Origin: Octopus vulgaris
Taxonomy: Eukaryota
Assembly: GCA_951406725.2 (NCBI GenBank)
Contig: OX597814.1
Coordinates: 216,566,001 to 216,630,000 of the forward strand
Reading direction: 5' to 3'
DNA length: 64,000 nucleotides
In this document: positions 55,762 to 64,000 of the stretch, piece after piece
Position numbering within the stretch: position 1 is the first letter of the stretch
Layout of the letters: each line of letters starts with the position of its first letter
Made by a program: the position numbers and the translations under genes
The notes under the pieces: model-generated
Told to the model about the DNA's origin: nothing
Seen by the model: the letters and a program-made list of their open reading frames with translations, nothing else
Database searches by the model: none

Positions 55762-56676
55762 AGTCAGACCTACTGGCTGTTGTCCAATGGGCGGAAAAGA
55801 ACAACATGTTGCTAAATGAAGACAAATTTGAACTGATCCACTTTGGAAGGGAGGACGCTCTGAAACTCCCATACTCTCTTCCTTCTGGAGAAATTCTCAT
55901 GGCATCCAACAACATCAGAGACCTGGGAGTAACAGTGGACAACAACATAAGCTGGGCTACACATATAAGCAGCAAAGTTGACATGGCCCGCAGAATGTGT
56001 TCCTGGATTCTCAGAACCTTCCAGTCGAGAGATTCCCACGCTATTATCCTTCTCTTCTCCACTTTTGCCCGACCCCACCTTGAATACTGCTGTCCACTGT
56101 GGTCTCCCTACACAAAACAAAATATTATGAGAATTGAAGCTCCCCAAAGGTCAATCACAAAAAAGATAGATGGCATGTCAGACCTTGACTACTGGGGTAG
56201 ACTAGAGAAGCTGAAATTGTATTCACTCCAACGACGCCGTGAACGCTACATTATCTGTATGATGTGGAAAATATTCCATCAGCACTGTCCGAATGATGTT
56301 GGCATCACCTTCAAAATGCATCCAAGGCTTGGACCACGTGCCATCCGTCCACAACAAAAATCTAAATCGCATCACATAACGACAATACGGCACAACTATT
56401 TCACCTCAATTGGACCCGCTCTCTTCAACATTACACCAGGACACGTCAAAAAAGAAACTGACCACACAAAATTCAAGAAGTCTTTGGACAAATTCCTTCA
56501 AACAGTACCGGACAAACCACCCACACCCGGATATGTCTCCGCAAACAATAACTCTCTGCTCGAATGGGCCTTGGTGCCCAAATCCTGAACTGAAAGACTT
56601 CGCCAGGTGGTGCTATTAAGTTAGACATGGCCTGGGCCAATACTGGCCAAAAACCTTTCTAAGTTATTCTAAGTTA
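55762..56676 (+). mobile_element. LINE family A, copy 3, 5'-truncated, nearly identical to copy 2
   Basis: ORF 55806-56588 differs from the end of 4028-6334 at only a few residues. (TA)n on both sides. Confidence 0.95.
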
Positions 56677-56688
56677 TATATGTATATG

Positions 56689-56761
<73 letters not shown>

Positions 56762-56796
56762 ATATGTATATATATATATGTGTATATATATATATG

Positions 56797-56843
<47 letters not shown>

Positions 56844-56848
56844 ATATG

Positions 56849-56879
<31 letters not shown>

Positions 56880-56962
56880 GTATATATATATGTATATATA
56901 TATATGTATATATGTATATATGTATGTATATGTATATATGTATATATGTATATATATATATG

Positions 56963-57015
<53 letters not shown>

Positions 57016-57121
57016 GTATGTATATATATATATGTATGTATATATATATATACATACATATATATATATACATACATATATATATATATATACATATATA
57101 TACATACATATATATATATAT
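56677..57121. repeat. (TA)n/(TATG) microsatellite
   Basis: Directly visible. Confidence 0.97.
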
Positions 57122-58825
57122 GATTGATTGATTGATTGATTGATTCCAGTTTCAGCTTATGAGCTGTGGCCATGCTGGGGCACCGCCATTTGGTGTTGCT
57201 ACTTGGTTTCACTTCATGGAGGCTTTCTAGCAACTGCTATTTGGTGCATGAGAGAGTTCGATGCAGCTGCCCTCATCTGCCCCTCCTGCCGTGAAGTTGG
57301 TTCATCTGGGACACCTGACAGGAAGAGATCCAGCTCCAGTTTAAAGACATCTGTATCCACCCCATGCAGGTCTCTCAGGTTCATCGGGAGGATATTGAAG
57401 AGCTGTGGGCCTCGGAAGCCCAGGCTATCACAGAATCTTGTCCTACATCTTGATGGCAAGTTTGGAGTCCTAGGCACCACGCAGTGGCGCCCAGTTCTGG
57501 CGTTTGCGTAACTCTCGATGCCAAAGTTCAGGACACTTCCCTCCAGGATCTTCCAGATGTATATTATGGCATATCTTTCTCGTCTACGCTCCAGGGAATA
57601 GAGCTTTAATCTCTTGAGTCTCTCCCAGTAGCTCGTATGCTGCACAGAGGCTATCTTCTTCGTGTAGCTTCGTTGGATCGCCTCAAGTTCTGTGATCAAC
57701 TTGACACTGGATGGTGACCATAGCTGAGAGCAATAGTCAAAGTGGCTTAGGACAAGTGTCTTCCAGAGGACCATCATGGTTTCTTGTTCTCTTGTTCTAA
57801 AGGTTCTAAGAATCCATCCAGCCAGCCGTCTGCATTTCATTGTCAGTTTAGCAACATGTACATGAAAGGTCGCGTCATCACTCATGTGAATACCCAGGTC
57901 ACGCACTGATTGTGCCTCTGGGATTGCAATCCCTCCGGGTCCAGTGTATTCATTGGGTATTGCATTCAGTTTTGCATGCTGATATTATAAAGCTTGAAAC
58001 TTTTCAGCATTGAACTGCATGCTATTCTTTTCAGCCCACTTGTATATTTCGTCCAACTCACATTGCAGGTGCTTAGTGTCTTCAGGGTTCTGTATTGCCT
58101 GTGAAACTTTTGTATCATCTGCATAACTTGTGATCGTGGCTCTCCGCGTGGCTGAGGGCATGTCTGAGAGGGCCATTATGAACAGTAGTGGTCCCAAAAC
58201 AGTGCCCTGTGGAACACCGCTCACTATTTGCGTGCTAATGGAAGTGGCCCCATTGGCTACTACCACCTGACTTCTATTCTTCAGAAAGTCGTGAAGCCAT
58301 TCTCCTAGTTTTCCAACTATGCCAAGATCACGCAGTTTGTGACATATCATTCCATGATCGACTTTATCGAAGGCCTTTGCGAAGTCGAGATATATGACTT
58401 CCACATTTGAGTGGTTGAGCAGTTGTTTCAGCACCCAGTCATAGTGCTGCAGGAGCTGAGTCAAGCAGTTTCTTCCTGGTCGGAAACCATGTTGGGTGTC
58501 AGGCAGCAAGTCATTTTCTTCAAGGAAGGTGATTAGTTTCCTTCTGACTATTCGTTCCATGACCTTGCTGATGTGTGAGGTCAGAGAGATAGGTCTGTAG
58601 TTCTTGGCCTCCGCTCTGCTACCTCCTTTATGAATAGGGCATATTTTACCTTCCTTCAGTTTTCTTGGAAGTTTGCCAGCTGCAAGGAAGCTCTGAAAGA
58701 GGAACTGCAGTGGTCTTGCTAGGACTCTCTTACATACTTTTAGGAGGATTGCCGGGAATCCATCAGGGCCAATAGCTGAATCTGTTTTCATTTCATCTAT
58801 AGCCTTTATTACATCGTCTTCCTTT
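57122..58825 (-). mobile_element. LINE family B, 5'-truncated, (ATCA)n tail
   Basis: ORFs 57985-58941 (RT, YADD) and 57214-57906. Tail caatcaatc. Confidence 0.93.
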
Positions 58826-58832
58826 ATATATA

Positions 58833-59172
58833 TGATTGATTGATTGATTGATTCTAGTTTCAGCTTATGAGCTGTGGCCATGCTGGGGCACCGCCATTTG
58901 GTGTTGCTACTTGGTTTCACTTCACGAAAGCTTTCTAGCAACTGCCATTTGGTGCATGAGAGAGTTCGATGCAGCTGTCCTCATCTGCCCCTCCTGCCGT
59001 GAAGTTGGTTCATCTGGGACACCTGACAGGAAGAGATCCAGCTTCATTTTAAAGACATCTGCATCCACCCCATGCAGGTCTCTCAGGTTCTTCGGGAGGA
59101 TATTGAAGAGCTGTGGGCCTCGGAAGCCCAGGCTATCACAGAATCTTGTCCTACATCTTGATGGCAAGTTTG
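58833..59172 (-). mobile_element. LINE family B, short 3' copy
   Basis: Near-identical to 57122-57460. Confidence 0.93.
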
Positions 59173-59406
<234 letters not shown>

Positions 59407-60103
59407 CTTACTTTACTTTGATACTTTGATAGGTTTCGGCCATTATTGGCCCAGGCCATGTCTAACTTAATAGCACCACCTGGTGAAGTCTTTCAAGTCA
59501 GAATTTGGGCACTATGGCCCACTCAAGTAGAGAGTTATTGTTTACAGAGACATATCCGGGTGTAGGGGGTTTATCCGGGATTTCTTGAAGGAATCTGTCC
59601 AAAGACTTCTTGAACCCTATAGGGTCAGTTTCTGTTTTAATGTGTTTTGGTGTAATGTTAAAGAGAGCGGGGCCAATTGAGGTGAAATAATTGTGCCGTA
59701 TTGTTGTTATGAGATGAGAGTGCGATTTTTGTTTTGGGCGGATGGCACGGGGCCCAAGCCTTGGATGTACCTTGAAGGTGATGCCAACATCATTTGGGCA
59801 ATGCTGATGGAATATTTTCCACATCATGCAGATGATGTAGCGCTCACGACGACGTTGGAGAGAATAGAGTTTTAGCTTTTCTAGTCGACCCCAATAGTCG
59901 AGGCCTGTCATGCCATCTATCTTTTTTGTGATTGCCCTTTGAGGTGCTTCAACTTTTATGATACCTTGTATTGTGTGGGGAGACCACAGTGGACAACAGT
60001 ATTCAAGGTGGGGTCGGGCAAAAGTGGAGAAGAGAAGGATAATGGTGTGGATATCTCTCGACTGGAAAGTTCTGAGAATCCAGGAACACATTCTGCGGGC
60101 CAT
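59407..60103 (-). mobile_element. LINE family A, copy 4 (another subfamily), 5'-truncated
   Basis: ORF 59498-60103, family A 3' tail, (TA)n on both sides. Confidence 0.93.
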
Positions 60104-61127
<1,024 letters not shown>

Positions 61128-61130
<3 letters not shown>

Positions 61131-63243
61131 TGAATTGAAGAAATGGAGCTGAACGAAGATTGAACAGAAATCGTTTTATTTCATTCTACACGTCAAGGGG
61201 TAGAAAACATTTTTTGTGTACGTGTGTGCGTTTGATCGCTCGGCTGTCAGTGGTTAAGCCGCTCTACACAATGGCTACTGCAGTAAGAACCGTTGGGTGG
61301 CAGAAAAAAATATATTATGTTTTATGTGTGCGTGTGTTCGTCTCAACATGCCTTGTCAAGGAAACCCCCCCGTCGTCAAAAAACAAAGCCCCGTTTATCT
61401 TACAGGAGTAATTCCCCTTGCAGTGGTTAATCGTAATTATCTTAAAGGCTATTTCAGAATTTGTTACCAAGGGCTATGGGTGCAGGTATTATTTATAAAC
61501 GCTATTTAAAAGCCAGATAAGTGTAACGCCGCCAATGGGGGCATCGAAAAGCCGACTGTAAAAGTCCGTTTACCATCCGGCCTCTGGCGAACAAAATATG
61601 GAAGAGTTCGGAGACACAAAGGTTGCACTTCCTTCTGCCCCTATCAAATGGGAGGGCCACCGACAAAATTGACCATTCCAGCCTGTAGCTTGAGTTCGTA
61701 TCCTTCAATCGCCATATTAGCTTGCTGAGTCCCGTGGTCTGGCGTTTGTTCATGTCCCGAAAAGTTGCGTAATGATTGGAGATTCGCAAAGCCAATCTTG
61801 ACGATGAGGCCCCTACATAAGTGTAGACATCTGAGTCCGTGTAAACCTTGCATTGGTAGACAGCGTTTCTGATCTTGGAGTTCGCCGACGTGAATCTTAT
61901 TCTGCTAGGATTAGTTTCTGAAATTAGAACTGCGTTACTGTCACTATATTTGTTACGAGAACTGCAGCCGCTTACTACTTTATTTTCCACTACGTCACTA
62001 TTAACTAACGGAATAACCCCTGATTCTCCACTATCTATCAGAGTGCTGTCATTGCTAGTGCCCGTGGTGCTGCTATTGCGGGAAATGATGCTGGGGTTGC
62101 TATAGGGGTTCTCTACCCTACTCCCATTGTTACCGTCAACCACAACACCCCTATTTATAACTATACCCCTAGTGTGTACTCCCTGGCTGGAGCTGAGATT
62201 ATGAGTCACTGTACTGGCTCTCATATCATTATTACTACTATAATTATTCCTACTGAGCATTAAACCGGGAGCGGAAGAGGCTGTGCCTCCGGAAAAAGGT
62301 GATAGGGTCTTAGTAAGTAGCCTATTATTATGGGAGGCGATTATCTGGGCGAGGTTTTTAGTGTTGGAGAAAGCTATCCTAACTTTATGCGAGTTAACCG
62401 TGGAGTAATATTTGGAATTTCTGGGGAAGTTATTGGCGATGGCTTGTCTAAACATGAGGGGGAGGTTAGTTCTAATCTGCTTACCAAAGGGAATTACAAA
62501 CCATATATGCTTATTCCTATCTGTGTGATGGGTCGGGACGCCAGCTCTCGCATTCGGGTGGGTGATTCTCGGATGAATAACGGGTTTTGGGTTAGTGTGA
62601 GATCTCCCGGACCGATAATTATCCTTGTTCGCTAAATTAAATGCGGGAGCGACTACCCCAGCACCCGCCGCGCTCCCGTCCCTACTTAAATTGTTTATGT
62701 TATTATAGACGGCCCTATCCTGATGACTGAATGATGGCATCGGAAGGGCCGGATCAATATAAATTACCTTCTGCCTATAACCGGCCTTGGATAGTGCGGC
62801 GTTATAAAATTCCACTTTCTGCATAAAAATATCGGCACTGGCGGAAAGCCAGACAATCTTAGAGAGATGTTTTTAACCAAATTGTCTGTTACGGTTTTGG
62901 CATGATTTGAGAAGACACTGACATACTTCAAATTAGTGGAAGGCTTATGGTAAGGGCAGTATGAGTCGCTATTAAGGTTAAGTGTAACGTCTAGGAAATT
63001 AGCCTTGGTGAGTTCATTATCAAAAACTATATTCATGCCCATTCTATTAAAAAACCTAGCTAACCTGCTCTTAGTTTTCTGCACTATTCTGTTCGTGGTG
63101 TTTTGCAGGTAAAACAGACAATCGTCACGATACAGGCCGCCCGCGATCTCCGGGAATTGATCGGACAATTCGTAGAGAATATATATTCCGACCAAATCGG
63201 CTATCTGCGCACTATCCGAACTACCCATAGGCACATCAAATTC
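61128..63243 (-). mobile_element. Penelope-like element (probably Naiad clade), 3' half: RT palm/thumb, GIY-YIG, 3' UTR
   Basis: VPMGSSDSAQIADLVGIYIL, GLYRDD, NFLDVTLNL, PYHKP; NAVYQC..YVG..RISNH..CNLC..CPH. One frameshift near 62830. Confidence 0.88.
61502..62824 (-). CDS. PLE thumb/linker plus GIY-YIG endonuclease (440 aa open)
   Basis: HIWFVIPF, AVYQCKV..YTYVGAS, TTGLSKLIW, WSIL, CNLC. Confidence 0.85.
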   Translation of the reverse strand: MQKVEFYNAALSKAGYRQKVIYIDPALPMPSFSHQDRAVYNNINNLSRDGSAAGAGVVAPAFNLANKDNYRSGRSHTNPKPVIHPRITHPNARAGVPTHHTDRNKHIWFVIPFGKQIRTNLPLMFRQAIANNFPRNSKYYSTVNSHKVRIAFSNTKNLAQIIASHNNRLLTKTLSPFSGGTASSAPGLMLSRNNYSSNNDMRASTVTHNLSSSQGVHTRGIVINRGVVVDGNNGSRVENPYSNPSIISRNSSTTGTSNDSTLIDSGESGVIPLVNSDVVENKVVSGCSSRNKYSDSNAVLISETNPSRIRFTSANSKIRNAVYQCKVYTDSDVYTYVGASSSRLALRISNHYATFRDMNKRQTTGLSKLIWRLKDTNSSYRLEWSILSVALPFDRGRRKCNLCVSELFHILFARGRMVNGLLQSAFRCPHWRRYTYLAFK

Positions 63244-64000
63244 AATTATCCGCACCAACGCACGGTTGCAACACCATATGGTTGTACCTCCAACCGTGCT
63301 GTCTTCTGCTGTGATTTTTGCTACCAAGGTATCGGTTAAACTTTTGATTAATCTGCTACAAGATTATTCATCTTTCTATTTCACATAATACATACCGCTT
63401 CGTCAAGAAACTGCTACTTTAACCGATACCAATAATGGAGTTGTTCGAGATTGATGCGTCCCTTAAGGATATTCCTATACCACCGAAGGACGCCTTCATT
63501 AAGGAGTTGGTTTGTAAAACCAACGCATTCATAAACTGGATAAGATGGCTCGTTTTCTTCCACGAGAACGAAGATCTAAAATCGAACCGGACAACAGCAT
63601 CGTCCGAATACGGCCGGGTTTTTAAAACATTGGATACGCCGCCACCTAACCCAAGACTGAAGAAGTTTGAGGACGACTTGTGGGACATAGTTAGAAAGAT
63701 TAAGTTCAGGAAGTCACCCAGGAGAAATGCCCACCTCAGATACCTAGATAAAATTACCAAGGACATTAATAGAACGGACGGAGTCCCTGGTCCAGTCCGA
63801 CAAGACCAGGAACACATACAAGCTACCCATTAAGCAGTACCTAGATTTACTAGGTAAAGAGATCAAGAAAAATTATAGAAAAACCAATTGGAGTACCCTG
63901 AGGAAGGTAAACTTGGAAATTAAGGAAATAATATTTAAACAACGAATTCAAATGAGAACTCAGCCGCTTAGCCCTAAGCAACCCAGATTTATAGTGAAGG
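63244..64000 (+). mobile_element. 5' leader and N-terminal ORF of a Naiad-like PLE, inverted relative to the adjacent 3' half; runs off the window
   Basis: ORF from 63435: SLKDIPIP, IRWLVFF, LKKFEDDLWDIVRKIKF. After a frameshift, VQSDKTRNTYKL (DKT motif). Confidence 0.8.

Noticed and set aside
61130-61500. Hammerhead in the Naiad-like 3' UTR
   Set aside because: I found no CTGAnGA...GAAA core, only a repeated ttaaccactg. A covariance-model search would be needed.

Overview
This is AT-rich eukaryotic DNA, most likely a cephalopod (Octopus-like), inferred from the SINE/LINE families and (TA)n tracts. It is almost entirely repeats. The only host gene supported is a PARP14/PARP9/15-like macrodomain gene on the + strand, seen as two phase-1 exons (35330-36865 and 41900-42148), so most of the window is probably intronic. 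The rest consists of: two CR1/L2-group LINE families inserted in (TA)n microsatellites, one with tandem CCCH zinc fingers; RTE LINEs, one family with a PHD finger inside the RT; an R4/Dong relic; three Penelope-like elements, all with inversions and one with an intact-looking hammerhead ribozyme; non-autonomous Helitrons; SINEs; and a ~16.8-kb array of ~146 115-bp units that appears to derive from the 3' half of a SINE and ends ~200 bp before the large exon. Boundaries were read by eye and are approximate. Family names come from recalled motifs, not database searches.
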